DNA of 64,000 nucleotides from Balanoglossus misakiensis (Eukaryota; Animalia; Hemichordata): the NCBI GenBank assembly GCA_040954595.2, contig CM082576.2, positions 16,291,028 through 16,355,027 of the forward strand, given 5' to 3'. A program made the translations under genes and the position numbers. The notes under the pieces were generated by a model that saw nothing but the letters and a program-made list of their open reading frames with translations, did not search any database and was not told the origin of the DNA. Shown piece by piece: positions 1-14,087 of the stretch. Each line of letters begins with the position of its first letter. The stretch's first letter is position 1.

Positions 1-830
1 GATCAGCTGCTGTATGGTAGCTAAAACCTCTGCCTGTTGACTCTCCCATATGAATTCAACTTTCTTCTCAATTAATTTGCATAGTGGTTCACATACCTCT
101 GACAGCTTTTGCAGGAATTGTGAGAGGTATATAGTTGACAAAACCCAAAAGGTGCTGTATAATTAATTTTCTTTTTGTCACTTGGTTGTAGCATTGACAA
201 TTGCTGACACCTGAGCAAGATCTGTCTGATATCCATCTCCAGTGAGTAGTTGACCCATGGAAGGTAAGTATTCCTTTCGTCTTAGCGTGAATTTCTTTTT
301 GTTGAGTATGAGGTTGTATCAAGTTCTTGTCATGGTCTGTCAGTGCTTCATCCATTAGTGTCACTGCGGTCCATAAACACTGAATGTCATCTTCTATTTC
401 TTCGACTTCAGTGAGTCCTGACAATACTTCATTTTGATGATGTTAAGTTGGTACTCCTCCGTAGCACTTAATGTCTGCGTATCTTGTGTAAAAAATTCTG
501 CTAATCACAAGTCATTGCTGTCTGTTAATCTCCCCAGACTTTTGTCAACTCTTCTGATGTTATGGTTAGTGGGTTAAAGAATATGCAAAGCACACAACTT
601 CTAGATGGAACAGTATCAACAACCATGACATTCAGCCATGTCATCAACTGCAAGCATCGTGGGCCCGTGAACTATGACCTGAGGCTGTACCACTACATTC
701 AAGTAAGTATCCTGGTAACCCCGTGTGATCACCAGGCAACCATCTTTTTCACACAAAAAATTCAAGAGCAGCGCCATATGTCAGACATGCTTGAACCGAT
801 TCTATTCTGACTTCATACAACCATGATGTA

Positions 831-1680
831 CAGTAAACCGTCGATTATCCGAATGTTGATTATCTGCATTATTCAGCTATCCGAACTCACTCTGTGTCCC
901 CCGAAAAGTCTTCCTGTAGACGTATACCTTGCTGTATCATTGTTTGATATTCACGGCCCTGGCTGTCAAAGGATGGCATTATAGTACAGCACTTTCCTCT
1001 TTAATAAAGTTATTTCTTTAAACAACTTTACCGCCCATTAGCCTTTTGTTTTAATTCTTAAAGTGTTAATGTATTGTATCCTAGGGTATGAATCATTTGG
1101 ATGCAATCGCGAGAGGTGTGAAAATAAACAGCTCGACAATGGCACGGTTCGTTCAGCTGCATATGCTATGTCAGCATAACAGCCTTCCTAAAAGGTTGCG
1201 ACCGGTGGTCGGCTACTTCTTTAAATGTTTGCGGCATTATGCCGCATTTCGTCAAAACTTGAAAGTGTTAACTGGATAGGTAGAAGTGGGTTTCGGGAAA
1301 TGACACCATTCGTAATTCCAGTATTGATCTAGTAACATCGTCGAACCAGCATCGCTCTCCTTCCGCCATTACAGTCTATGTCATCATGGCTGCGTCATCA
1401 ATGAAACGCAAGTGTCACGTGCTCGACCTCAACACCATCTTTTATTTATTTTTTCAATTATCACATAACTTTGCTTTGTAAAGTATTCAAAATGCTTCCA
1501 ATTTTACTTAAGGAAAACGATGTGTCTTATCTACAGGTTCATGTACCTATGCATGTATATGTGAGATATGACCTGAATGTGACCCCCCCCCTCCAAGATT
1601 GCATATCCGAACTGATCGCATATCCGAACCAAAAGCCTGTAAGTGTCCCCCTAGCTGTTCGGATAATCAATGGTTTACTG
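831..1680. mobile_element. Non-autonomous Tc1/mariner-superfamily (pogo/Tigger-like) MITE
   Basis: Imperfect terminal inverted repeats CAGTAAACCGTCGATTATCCGAA ... TTCGGATAATCAATGGTTTACTG, flanked by TA at 829-830 and 1681-1682; no transposase ORF. Confidence 0.8.
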
Positions 1681-3162
1681 TACTCTGATGTACGTGCATG
1701 TCAATTTTTGTCTCCACGTGATCGAATATTGGGATCCAACCATGTTGGCCATTGATCTGATTTTTCATGTCAGGAACCATAACTCAGACCCCGCCTGTTA
1801 TAATGCCATCCAATTAAAATAATACAGAGGGGACTATATGATTGATAGCTTTTCTTCAGACTTGTTGAAATATACTTTCTTATGACATGTCTGGCAGTCA
1901 AAGGGGCACCAACCACCACATTAAATAAAGATCAAGAAATTACCTGATTGGATGTTGTTACTTCCTGGGCCCCTTTTTTATTCCCTATTCAGTGTTTGAC
2001 ATGAGCACATTTTTGTTTCTGTGTGGAAGTAAATGTCTCTTAATTGCTTTGATAACTCAATACAAGGTAAGTGTAATGTCCTCTATCTGTTAATTATAGG
2101 GAAGAAGAGGATACATGTATGAATTAAAAAGCCGGTGCATTGGATGATGTGTGTTACTGACTTCAACCAACTGTGTTTGATTTCATTGTCATTTCAAGGA
2201 CAAAACTTCCACCATGAGTTGATATTGAACATTGAACGATCCTTACCTGAGTTATATGATCCATATTACAAATGTAATATTCTTGTAGCATTTTTTGGTG
2301 ATTGTGTCCTGGAGAGAGAGAGGGAGCAGGTTAAAATTCAATTGCAATGTGTACATTTGAGTATGCCAACACTACTTCAAGTTTGACATTGAAATAGAAT
2401 ATTTTCTATGGAATCCAATTTTATTGCTTTGTTGCAGTCCTAAAATCCCATCCTATTTTTGTATTGCAGTCCTAAAATCCAAACCTGTTTCTTTATTGCA
2501 GTCCTAAATTATCATTACAATTTGTTCAGCATAACCTGAAGGTTGTTGGGTCCTCTAGGCACAATAAGCATTGCGCGTAACAAGCACTGTGTGTAAATTA
2601 ACACTATATAATTGCACAGGAAACAGCAACCTTCAGGTGTATACCATTTAGCCTATAAATACAACGCATAATTGCACCCAGGTAAACTTTCAATAAGCTG
2701 AATGGTAAACAAATAAAAAGAAATGACAGCATTATTTTGGTATTCATTGTTTATTTCTTTATGAATTTGTTGCATCCCTTTTAAATCAGGGGCTCATAAA
2801 ATAAAAACATTAGGAGCTGCAAAAGACTCATGAAAAATTGAATTACTGAATAAATAACTTGAACAAAAATTGCACAAAAATTTTGGTATAAATTTTGTGT
2901 GAAACAGTTGTGTTTAAATAGCAAACATGACAATTAAAAGTACACACCATTGCACATTGGTTTGACTTGCTCTCTCTATAAACTTCAATTATCTTTTTTT
3001 TTTCATTATTGTATATGGGCATGATTTTCTAGTATTGTACATTTTTAAAGTTTGATTCATTAATGTAGAAGAATTAGAGGTTTAATAGCAATATGATACA
3101 AAAATTGGCACTCACAGTCATAGGAGTTTTCATAGCCAAAGGTGATTCATAGGTGATAGCTT

Positions 3163-4312
3163 ATTATTAGAGGCCCAAGCCCCATAAGGGTAGAGCCACT
3201 ATTGGTATTGTCTGTGTTTTTTCTTGTACTACTTCTTCTTGTCTATTTTTTTTATAAACCTAGAACTTTAACCTGAATCAACAAATCTTAAACCTGGCAC
3301 AATGATGCTGGCCCATGAAATCTTGTGCAAAACACTCATGAATTTTTAATAAGTCACGTGACCTAGTGGCCATCTTGGATTGAAATTTCAATTGGACCTC
3401 TTTTGCAAAAAATGAACAAAATCCTGTTAACTTGCCTAGTACACCATTATGGCCAGTATCCTACATACAAATGTCTAGGTCCTAGGCTATGGGGATTGTG
3501 AGAATTTTTCCATGACCTTTGACCCAGCCATAGGCCTATACCTTTACAGTTAAGCTATGGGGACATCTTATTCTGGTATTCTGGTCTACCGGTATACAGT
3601 GGTTCTGGGCAGCTAGTGTCTGTTGACCAGTGAGCAGCATGGGACCATAATAAAAGCCAAATTTTGGGGGTACACCCTGACCTTTGACCCTCATTGGTTA
3701 AGGGCATGTCTAATTCTAGGATAGCCAATAGAGCCAGGGGAATAGTTTTTTGGACATATATGAGTATAGAAGCAAAATGTAAATTATCGGGTTACCCCTT
3801 GACCTTTGACCCTCATTAATTATGCATGTATCTAATTGTACACAAACAAATACATGTGTAGACGTAGAAAGCTGATTTTTGGTGAACAGGTGGCATTATG
3901 GGACAAAATCATTTTGCTAATAGACTCCCCCCCCCCCCCCGTGGGTCACGTGACCTCCATTACCTTTGACCCTAATATCACCTACAAGCTTCATATGTGG
4001 TGGGATTGAAGCAAACATGTTTACAAGTTATCCCCTGACCTTTGACCTTATTCATTATGTGCATATGTAATTCTTGGCTAACAAACGGCTGGTGGTACAG
4101 GTTTTTGTTAACATGTACTAGTATGGTACTATAAATTGATGGTTAATTTCAGGACCCCCTTGACCTTATTAAATATGTGCATATCTAATTCTTAACTTAT
4201 TGTTTAACATAATCATTTTGGCATCAAAATTTTGTTGACATTGGCTTGAACCTAGATTGTCTTGTATTTGGTTCATATGCTTGGGCCCCTTCAAGGGTGC
4301 TTGCAGCTTTAA
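3163..4312 (+). mobile_element. Non-autonomous Helitron/Helentron-like element
   Basis: Starts TTATTAGAGGCCCAAGC and ends GCTTGGGCCC...GCTTGCAGCTTTAAT (subterminal inverted repeat GGCCCAAGC/GCTTGGGCC), with internal TGACCTTTGACC repeats. Family assignment is from resemblance to invertebrate non-autonomous Helitron-like repeats. Confidence 0.5.
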
Positions 4313-4328
4313 TTTTATTGTTTGTTTG

Positions 4329-4608
4329 TTATTAGGGGCCAAAGCCGTGGGCTTTCATAGGCGTTTGTCGTCTTTCCACTTCTTTTTTCAATTCTTTGAT
4401 GGCTGGATCTCTAAAACAAGTGCAAGTACACTTCTGAAACTTGCCAGAGTGGTCGAGGTCAATGAGTAATTGTCCATTGAACCTTGAATTTTTAATTAGT
4501 CACATGACCTGACGGCTAAATTTCAGAACCCCCTTGACCCTATGTTGACCTAATTAATTAGCAGCATACCTAATAATAGGCCCCATCAATCCTGCTTGCA
4601 GGTATAAT
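4329..4608 (+). mobile_element. Shorter related Helitron-like element directly after the first
   Basis: Same end motifs (TTATTAGGGGCCAAAGC ... GGCCCC...CTGCTTGCAGGTATAAT) and shared internal GAATTTTTAAT..GTCAC.TGACCT. Confidence 0.45.
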
Positions 4609-4609
4609 T

Positions 4610-4865
4610 TCTTTATTTATTTGTTTATATTGTCTTGTGTTTATTTGTTCATCCATCCATCCATCCATCAATTCATTCAATCATTCATTTATTCATTCAT
4701 TTATTATTTGTTTGTTTATCCATCCATCCATCTATTTTGTTTATATTGTTCAATGTGTGTTTGTGTGTGTATGTATGCATATACCTGGGTACATGTATGT
4801 ATGTATTATGTATGTATATTTGTTTATGTGCCTGCGTGCATGTATAATGTATATTTGTATATTTG
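4610..4865. repeat. Compound microsatellite (TTTA/ATCC/ATTC/TG/ATGT)
   Basis: Short tandem motifs are directly visible and explain the low-complexity ORFs at 4621-4990. Confidence 0.9.
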
Positions 4866-5269
4866 TGAGTGATCCAAATTACTTTGATTCTGTGGAGCGT
4901 CTTGATAAGCAGTTACTTATGACTGCCCAAACCTTTTCAGATTCTGCATGGCAAGACACCAATGTTTGTGTCTGGGCGTTTTGTTGTTGAACTTGTTATC
5001 TTGGACTTCAGTAGTTGCATTGGGCATATGTGATTGCTATTCATTTTTTGTGGGTTTGAATTTCATGACTCTTTGGGTGTGTGGGAGTTCTGTGGTTGTA
5101 TTTTGACAACTGCGATTGCCATGGCTGTATTTTGCTTGTATTTTTTTAATTTTCATGATGTTTTGGGTGTCTGAACAAGTTCAGGGTTCATATTTGGTAT
5201 CTCCGATTTCCATGGTTGTATTTGTGAATTCCTATGTGTTCAGTAGGCCTCTGTCAATCGGTACCGGCT

Positions 5270-5880
5270 ATGGATATTGTGCCAGAGAAAGTCATGATGT
5301 TGCTAGTGACAGCGACAGCTGTAGCTTTTGAGTCCGATGGCAGGAGTGGCAATCTCTGCCACATTTGCTGCAGATGTGGCTTGTTTGGGTATCTTCTGGG
5401 GTGCGTGCCTTCTTCTTGGCCCTCTTCACTGGCTGTGGTCAGGATTTCTTCCTCTCCATGACTTCAGCTGCTTGTGAAGAACACTGCTATAATCTCTTCC
5501 TGATTCTCTGTGTTGATGTCCAGGGCTTTCATGTCACGCTTGCAGACATCTTTGTAGCCCAGATGGGGGCGACTATCTCTTCTCTTTGGGGGAATGTGTC
5601 CATCCTCCATCCTTGGCACATGGCCTAGCCACCGAAGTCTTGTGTTGCCTAAGCAGTGTGTGAATGTGGTAGGAAGACCTGAACGCTCTAGGACCTGGGC
5701 ATTGGTAATTGTGTCACTCCAGTGGATGCCAAGGATATAGCGAAGATAATGCAGATAAAAGCTGTTCAGTTTGCGCTCCTGTTTCGAGTAGGTCGTCCAT
5801 GTTTTGCTGCCATTGAGGAGAGTGCTGATGATACACACGTTGTACACTGTCATCTTGGTTGACGTCTGGAGCTCCTCTGT
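5270..5880 (-). mobile_element. 5'-truncated RTE-clade LINE fragment (end of RT plus C-terminal Zn finger)
   Basis: Translation TKMTVYNVCIISTLLNGSKTWTTY...KLNSFYLHYLRYILGIHWSDTITNAQVLERSGLP...RLRWLGHVPRMEDGHIP, then frameshifted ICSKCGRDCHS; typical RTE C-terminus. Confidence 0.85.
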
Positions 5881-6289
5881 GGTTTCTATCTGATGAAGCA
5901 GGTTCACCATCCTTGCAGAAGAATTCACAAGATTGCAGTCCCTCTTCAACTCATCTATATGTTTCTCATTTGTTTTCGCTTCCTCCAATGTACTTTCCCA
6001 TATTATAAATAAAAAATATGTATGTGTGTGTGAATATTTTAACATTCTGTATATTTTTCCTCAGTGTTAGAGGGTACGTCTTTAATGAAGTTTTCCCAAT
6101 GGCTATAACAGATGAGAAGGTTTCAATTTGCAGTATATTTGATAATACCATATGCATAGCATGACTAACTTGATTTGACGATGAAAAACTATTGCAGTAG
6201 ATCCCTTCAAGTCCAATGTAGTTTCCTGGGATCAGTTCATTAGTCACTTTTCGTATATACCGGTATATCATGTTTACTCGATGATGACA

Positions 6290-7372
6290 TAGTTAAGATT
6301 TTGATATAAGATTTTTGATGTGTGTGTGTATGTTTGTTTTTGTTCAGATTATTTTACACATTTTTGCATTCAGTGAAATCTGTCAGTACGGACACCTCTG
6401 TAATTAGGATACCTCTCTATTAAGGACAGATTTTGTGGTCCCAGAGGTCCTTAATAGACAGGTTTCATTGACAGGTTTCACTGTGCATATGCATTGTGTG
6501 AGTATTTACAGTCCGTTGATTTTATTGACGAAAATTTCCTTTGTAAAAACATAAATAATGTGTTTGCAGAAGCCATATATGTATAATTGTTTTGTTTGTA
6601 TTTGGGGGGGGGGCATAAAAGCAGTAAATTCGCTCATAAATTGATTGGCATGGAGGTCATGCATCATGGCTTACAGGCAACACATTATTTACACTTTTTG
6701 AACAATAAAACACTTTTCAATATGATATTTACTTCTTTTAAAAGTTTTCGATATTTTATACACATACAGTTTTAGGTTATTTGAACATTCATTTTTTTCC
6801 TCAATTTTTGGGGGTCTTTAATGAACTTTTTCTAATGGCATTCATTATCAGAGGAGATTTTAATTTGCTTTTGCTTGACATAGTCAAGTATTAAATTATT
6901 TTGATGTGTCTGTGTGTGTGTTTGTGTACAGATTTTTTTTGCACATTCATGCACTCATATGCATTGTCTGAGTGTTTACAGTCCTTTGATTTGATTGGTG
7001 AAAATTTTATTTATAAAAACATAAATAATGTGTTTGCAGAAGCCATATATTCATGTTTGATAATTGTTTTGTTTTTATTGGGGGGGGGGAGACATAAAAG
7101 CAGTAAATTTGCTCATAAATTGATTGGCATGGAGATCATGCATCATGGCTTACAGGCAACACATTATTTACACTTTTTGAACAATAAAAAACTGTTCAAT
7201 GTGATATTTACTTCTTTTAAAAGTTTTCTATATTTTATACACGTACAGTTTTAGGTTATTATACATTTGAACATTCATCTTTTTCCTCAATGTTTGGGGG
7301 GTCTTTAATGAACTGTTTCCAATAGCTTTATCAGAGATTTTAATTTGCTCTTGCTTGACATAGTCAAGTATT
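6290..7372. repeat. Two-copy direct tandem duplication (~490 bp unit)
   Basis: 6484-6892 closely matches 6955-7372, e.g. the shared block AAAAGCAGTAAATT.GCTCATAAATTGATTGGCATGGAG. Confidence 0.85.
6371..6483. mobile_element. Small Tigger-like MITE in the first duplicate only
   Basis: CAGTGAAATCTGTC ... GACAGGTTTCACTG inverted ends; absent from the second copy. Confidence 0.6.
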
Positions 7373-8169
7373 TAATATTATGATTTACTGAGAACACTTT
7401 ATTTGTTCAGTGATGAACTATTAAAATTTGTCAGTTTTACTTGAAACAATACAAAATTTAGCTTGATGCCAGTTAGCAAGTTCATTTGAAAGTTAGATTT
7501 TCAAGAGGCATTTATTTAAATACAATTATTTGTAAACATGGTGAATCTGTATACCTACGCTTTCCCAGAGGGTTTCCCTTATCCCGAAATAAGGGTTTTA
7601 CCTCTGGGTTTTGGTGCGGGGTAAATTTTCAGTTCATCCAATAAAGTACATGAACCGCTACTTATGTAAAGTGACCTGTATTGTGTATGTGTATGCTTTT
7701 GGATGTGGTATTTGGTATGCAGGCTTGTTGGAGTGGGTATGGAGACTATAAGTGTAGAGAGCTAGTGGATTTTGTGCTGCCATCAACAGTATGAACTTGG
7801 AAACGGTAGCATATAACCCAGTGATAGTTGGTGTGTAGATGTGATGTGGTACATACGTGGCAGGTTGTGAACTTGTCAACATGAAAGTGCGAATCCACAT
7901 GGAAACCTAAAAATATGGAAAAATACACTATCACCCTTTTGGAAGCTGAATTCAGAGGGAGTGAAACTGTTTTGTGGAGAGCAACATTGGTGGAATAGCA
8001 AAGCTGTTCTGTCAATACCCCCCACCCCTAGTTGCAAATTCATTAGCACCTAACTGAACAAATTGAACATGAAAAACGCATATATGAGGAATGTAATGGG
8101 AGAGGGCAACATGATGCAAGAGAATAGCATCAGTGATGATTCATCATAGCCCTACATTCAGTGATGACC

Positions 8170-8641
8170 TAATATATTGAATAAATTAAAATGACAAGTC
8201 AATACAATAGTTGCTATAATTGGTAAAAAAAGAAAAGTGGCGGGGGTGGGTGAAAATTTTGTAAAATATGGTGCTCAAAGTTGCATTTTAATGAACTCAA
8301 AAGCATATTAACTCAATGTTGGGGAGGACCAATTTTACTTTTGCCACTCCCTTCAAAGTTAGCATCTGTGGGTGCGGTGGCCAGTACCCTGCCCTGGTAC
8401 ACTAGACAAACCAGCCAATAAATGAAATGTGGCGAAGAATGAAGGGGGTGGGTTTATTATTAGAAAATTTTGTAAAATAAAGGGCGCGAAACTGCAATTT
8501 TGTGGACACAAAAGCAAAAGTTCGGTGGCAAAAGTATGTGACCCCCCTTAAACGTTTACAAAAAAAGATGACCCCCCCCCCTTTTGGACTTGAAAATTAA
8601 AGTGACCCCGCCCCCCCCGGCCATAAAAACTGAACGGTCCC
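8170..8641. mobile_element. Non-autonomous DNA transposon fragment, PIF/Harbinger-like terminus
   Basis: Ends ...TAAAAACTGAACGGTCCC followed by TTA; the same terminus recurs at ~19217 and ~29359; internal part is an inverted match to 18660-18930. Confidence 0.5.
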
Positions 8642-8878
8642 TTAGATAGGGACGGTCGATCGGCCACACAAATTATCAGGTCATTATTTCTCCACTGATG
8701 GTCACTTTTTGTAGGATATAACAAGACAAAACCGCTCTCTCCTACATAAATTATAAGATAGGGTCGGTCAATCAGCTGGCCACGCACACAAATTATCGTG
8801 CCGCGTGCTCTGTGTGTACGCCTATGTGTTAGTGAAGCTTCCGTTTGCTTAATAATCGTAGAAATTCAAGCAGTGTTT

Positions 8879-8998
8879 GCCTACGGCCATACCACGTAGG
8901 ATACACCCTAACCGATCCGATCACCGAAGTTAAGTTGCGTTGGGCGTGGTTAGTTCTTGGATGGGTGACCGCCTGGGAATACCACGTGCCGTAGGCTT
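8879..8998 (+). rRNA. 5S rRNA, divergent border copy (possibly non-functional)
   Basis: GCCTACGGCCATACCACG...GTAGGCTT, but GGTTCTCG is replaced by CTAACCGA and there are 4 further substitutions, including TAGTACTT>TAGTTCTT. Confidence 0.85.
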
Positions 8999-10182
8999 GA
9001 ATTTTTCCTTTTTCTTAACTTTTGCATTAAACAGTCTTCGTTTTTAGTCGTCGTAAACGTCCATTTTTATTTTTTTTTCTCCAAATTCTTTAATTCCATG
9101 ATCATATATTTTTGTAGAACATAACTTCATAAACGGTTCTCTCCTGTATAGGTCTATAAGGTATAGACGCTCGATGGACAACATACAAATTACCAGGTCG
9201 GGCTCGGAGTGAGTAGTGTCCAGCTTACGTTGAGTCCATTGTCGCAGAAATTCAAGCAGTCTTCATTACATTGTTTTTAAACTTTCCTATTAGGCCTAAA
9301 TAGTCTATTTATTTTTTGTCGTCATAAACATCAACTTCTTTCTTTCTTTAAATTCATGGTTTCTATAACTACCTCAATTCCACGATCATTCAATTTTTTT
9401 TTTTGCAGAACATAGCAAAACAAAACCGTTCGCTCTCGTGCTGTTTGCGTGTGTTAGAACTAGGCTAAAGCTTCGTTTGGGTAAATTGTCGCAGAAACTC
9501 CAGCGGCTTTCAATTTTTGGTTTTTAAGTCCAATTTGGTGTATGATGTTAATATACCATTGGGACCTTATGGGGTCGGTTACATCTGTATGTCATAAACG
9601 TCATTTTTTTTAATTCATCTTTCAAGTGTTTTGCATAACATGCCAAGACAAACCCGTTCCCTCCAATATAAGATAGGGACGGTAATTAATTGCAATAGGG
9701 GTCTAATAAACAGAGGATGGTCTAAAAGATATCGTTGGTGGTGCTATCCCGGACAGCCAGGGTCACGATTGGGTCACGTACGTCTATGATACCGCAAACA
9801 AGTCAACTCCACGCTAAATTCAACCTGTCCGCCGGACTGGTAACTTTTTTACTATCAGTCTGATGGAAAAACAACCAGTCTCGGACTGTCGGACAGGCGT
9901 TATTTCGAATAGTGTGTCTTGCATAACATACCAATATAGGCCTTAGATAGGGACGGTCGATCGGCCACACAAATTATCCGGTCATTATTTCTCCACTTTA
10001 ATATGGTCACTTTTGTAGGATATAACAAGACAAAACCGCTCTCTCCCATATAAATTATAAGATAGGGTCGGTCAATCAGCTGGCCACGCCTACAAATTAT
10101 CGTGCCGCGTGCTCTGTGTGTACGCCTATGTGTTAGTGAAGCTTCCGTTTGCTTAATAATCGTAGAAATTCAAGCAGTGTTT

Positions 10183-10302
10183 GCCTACGGCCATACCACG
10201 TCGAATACACCGGTTCTCGTCCGATCACCGAAGTTAAGCTGCGTTGGGCGTGGTTAGTACTTGGATGGGTGACCGCCTGGGAATACCACGTGCCGTAGGC
10301 TT
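10183..10302 (+). rRNA. 5S rRNA
   Basis: 120 nt metazoan 5S with box A (AGTTAAGC) and box C (TGGATGGGTGACC); T5 runs downstream. Confidence 0.97.
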
Positions 10303-11483
10303 GAATTTTTCCTTTTTCTTAACTTTTGCATTAAACAGTCTTCCTTTTTGTCGTCGTAAACGTCCATTTTTAATTTTTTTTCTCCAAATTCTTTAATTCC
10401 ATGATCATTTATTTTTGTTGAACATAACTTCATAAACCGTTCTCTCCTGTATAGGTCTAAGCTATAGTCGCTCGATGGACAACATACAAATTACCAGGTC
10501 GGGCTCGGAGTGAGTAGTGTCCAGCTTACGTTGAGTCCATTGTCGCAGAAATTCAAGCAGTCTTCATTACATTGTTTTTAAACTTTCCTATTAGGCCTAA
10601 ATAATCTATTTATTTTTTGTCGTCATATACATCAACTTCTTTCTTTCTTTAAATTCATGATTTCTATAACTACCTCAATTCCACGATCATTCAAGTTTTT
10701 TTTTGCAGAACATAGCAAAACAAAACCGTTCGCTCTCGTGCTGTTTGCGTGTGTTAGTACTAGGCTAAAGCTTCGTTTGGGTAAATTGTCGCAGAAACTC
10801 CAGCGGCTTTCAATTTTTGGTTTTTAAGTCCAATTTGGTGTATGATGTTAATATACCATTGGGACCTTATAGGGTCGGTTACATCTGTATGTCATAAACG
10901 TCATTTTTTTTTAATTCATCTTTCAAGTGTTTTGCATAACATGCCAAGACAAACCCGTTCCCTCCAATATAAGATAGGGACGGTAATTAATTGCAATAGG
11001 GGCCTAATAAACAGAGGATGGTCTAAAAGATATCGTTGGTGGTGCTATCCCGGACAGCCAGGGTCACGATGGGGTCACGTACGTCTATGATACCGCAAAC
11101 AAGTCAACTCCACGCTAAATTCAACCTGTCCGCCGGACTGGTAACTTTTTTACTATCAGTCTGATGGAAAAACAACCAGTCTCGGACTGTCGGACAGGCG
11201 TTATTTCGAATAGTGTGTCTTGCATAACATACCAATATAGGCCTTAGATAGGGACGGTCGATCGGCCACACAAATTATCCGGTCATTATTTCTCCACTTT
11301 AATATGGTCACTTTTGTAGGATATAACAAGACAAAACCGCTCTCTCCCATATAAATTATAAGATAGGGTCGGTCAATCAGCTGGCCACGCCTACAAATTA
11401 TCGTGCCGCGTGCTCTGTGTGTACGCCTATGTGTTAGTGAAGCTTCCGTTTGCTTAATAATCGTAGAAATTCAAGCAGTGTTT

Positions 11484-11603
11484 GCCTACGGCCATACCAC
11501 GTCGAATACACCGGTTCTCGTCCGATCACCGAAGTTAAGCTGCGTTGGGCGTGGTTAGTACTTGGATGGGTGACCGCCTGGGAATACCACGTGCCGTAGG
11601 CTT
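11484..11603 (+). rRNA. 5S rRNA
   Basis: Identical to 10183-10302. Confidence 0.97.
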
Positions 11604-12784
11604 GAATTTTTCCTTTTTCTTAACTTTTGCATTAAACAGTCTTCCTTTTTGTCGTCGTAAACGTCCATTTTTAATTTTTTTTCTCCAAATTCTTTAATTC
11701 CATGATCATTTATTTTTGTTGAACATAACTTCATAAACCGTTCTCTCCTGTATAGGTCTAAGCTATAGTCGCTCGATGGACAACATACAAATTACCAGGT
11801 CGGGCTCGGAGTGAGTAGTGTCCAGCTTACGTTGAGTCCATTGTCGCAGAAATTCAAGCAGTCTTCATTACATTGTTTTTAAACTTTCCTATTAGGCCTA
11901 AATAGTCTATTTATTTTTTGTCGTCATAAACATCAACTTCTTTCTTTCTTTAAATTCATGGTTTCTATAACTACCTCAATTCCACGATCATTCAATTTTT
12001 TTTTTTGCAGAACATAGCAAAACAAAACCGTTCGCTCTCGTGCTGTTTGCGTGTGTTAGAACTAGGCTAAAGCTTCGTTTGGGTAAATTGTCGCAGAAAC
12101 TCCAGCGGCTTTCAATTTTTGGTTTTTAAGTCCAATTTGGTGTATGATGTTAATATACCATTGGGACCTTATGGGGTCGGTTACATCTGTATGTCATAAA
12201 CGTCATTTTTTTTAATTCATCTTTCAAGTGTTTTGCATAACATGCCAAGACAAACCCGTTCCCTCCAATATAAGATAGGGACGGTAATTAATTGCAATAG
12301 GGGTCTAATAAACAGAGGATGGTCTAAAAGATATCGTTGGTGGTGCTATCCCGGACAGCCAGGGTCACGATTGGGTCACGTACGTCTATGATACCGCAAA
12401 CAAGTCAACTCCACGCTAAATTCAACCTGTCCGCCGGACTGGTAACTTTTTTACTATCAGTCTGATGGAAAAACAACCAGTCTCGGACTGTCGGACAGGC
12501 GTTATTTCGAATAGTGTGTCTTGCATAACATACCAATATAGGCCTTAGATAGGGACGGTCGATCGGCCACACAAATTATCCGGTCATTATTTCTCCACTT
12601 TAATATGGTCACTTTTGTAGGATATAACAAGACAAAACCGCTCTCTCCCATATAAATTATAAGATAGGGTCGGTCAATCAGCTGGCCACGCACACAAATT
12701 ATCGTGCCGCGTGCTCTGTGTGTACGCCTATGTGTTAGTGAAGCTTCCGTTTGCTTAATAATCGTAGAAATTCAAGTAGTGTTT

Positions 12785-12904
12785 GCCTACGGCCATACCA
12801 CGTCGAATACACCGGTTCTCGTCCGATCACCGAAGTTAAGCTGCGTTGGGCGTGGTTAGTACTTGGATGGGTGACCGCCTGGGAATACCACGTGCCGTAG
12901 GCTT
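12785..12904 (+). rRNA. 5S rRNA
   Basis: Identical to 10183-10302. Confidence 0.97.
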
Positions 12905-14087
12905 GAATTTTTCCTTTTTCTTAACTTTTGCATTAAACAGTCTTCCTTTTTGTCGTCGTAAACGTCCATTTTTAATTTTTTTTCTCCAAATTCTTTAATT
13001 CCATGATCATTTATTTTTGTTGAACATAACTTCATAAACCGTTCTCTCCTGTATAGGTCTAAGCTATAGTCGCTCGATGGACAACATACAAATTACCAGG
13101 TCGGGCTCGGAGTGAGTAGTGTCCAGCTTACGTTGAGTCCATTGTCGCAGAAATTCAAGCAGTCTTCATTACATTGTTTTTAAACTTTCCTATTAGGCCT
13201 AAATAGTCTATTTATTTTTTGTCGTCATATACATCAACTTCTTTCTTTCTTTAAATTCATGATTTCTATAACTACCTCAATTCCACGATCATTCAAGTTT
13301 TTTTTTGCAGAACATAGCAAAACAAAACCGTTCGCTCTCGTGCTGTTTGCGTGTGTTAGTACTAGGCTAAAGCTTCGTTTGGGTAAATTGTCGCAGAAAC
13401 TCCAGCGGCTTTCAATTTTTGGTTTTTAAGTCCAATTTGGTGTATGATGTTAATATACCATTGAGACCTTATGGGGTCGGTTACATCTGTATGTCATAAA
13501 CGTCATTTTTTTTTTTAATTCATCTTTCAAGTGTTTTGCATAACATGCCAAGACAAACCCGTTCCCTCCAATATAAGATACGGACGGTAATTAATTGCAA
13601 TAGGGGCCTAATAAACAGAGGATGGTCTAAAAGATATCGTTGGTGGTGCTATCCCGGACAGCCAGGGTCACGATGGGGTCACGTACGTCTATGATACCGC
13701 AAACAAGTCAACTCCACGCTAAATTCAACCTGTCCGCCGGACTGGTAACTTTTTTACTATCAGTCTGATGGAAAAACAACCAGTCTCGGACTGTCGGACA
13801 GGCGTTATTTCGAATAGTGTGTCTTGCATAACATACCAATATAGGCCTTAGATAGGGACGGTCGATCGGCCACACAAATTATCCGGTCATTATTTCTCCA
13901 CTTTAATATGGTCACTTTTGTAGGATATAACAAGACAAAACCGCTCTCTCCCATATAAATTATAAGATAGGGTCGGTCAATCAGCTGGCCACGCCTACAA
14001 ATTATCGTGCCGCGTGCTCTGTGTGTACGCCTATGTGTTAGTGAAGCTTCCGTTTGCTTAATAATCGTAGAAATTCAAGCAGTGTTT

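Noticed and set aside
89-424. 111 aa minus-strand ORF, possibly decayed retroelement
   Set aside because: No diagnostic motif that I can identify.
4621-4990. Hydrophobic ORFs in three frames
   Set aside because: Translations of microsatellite.
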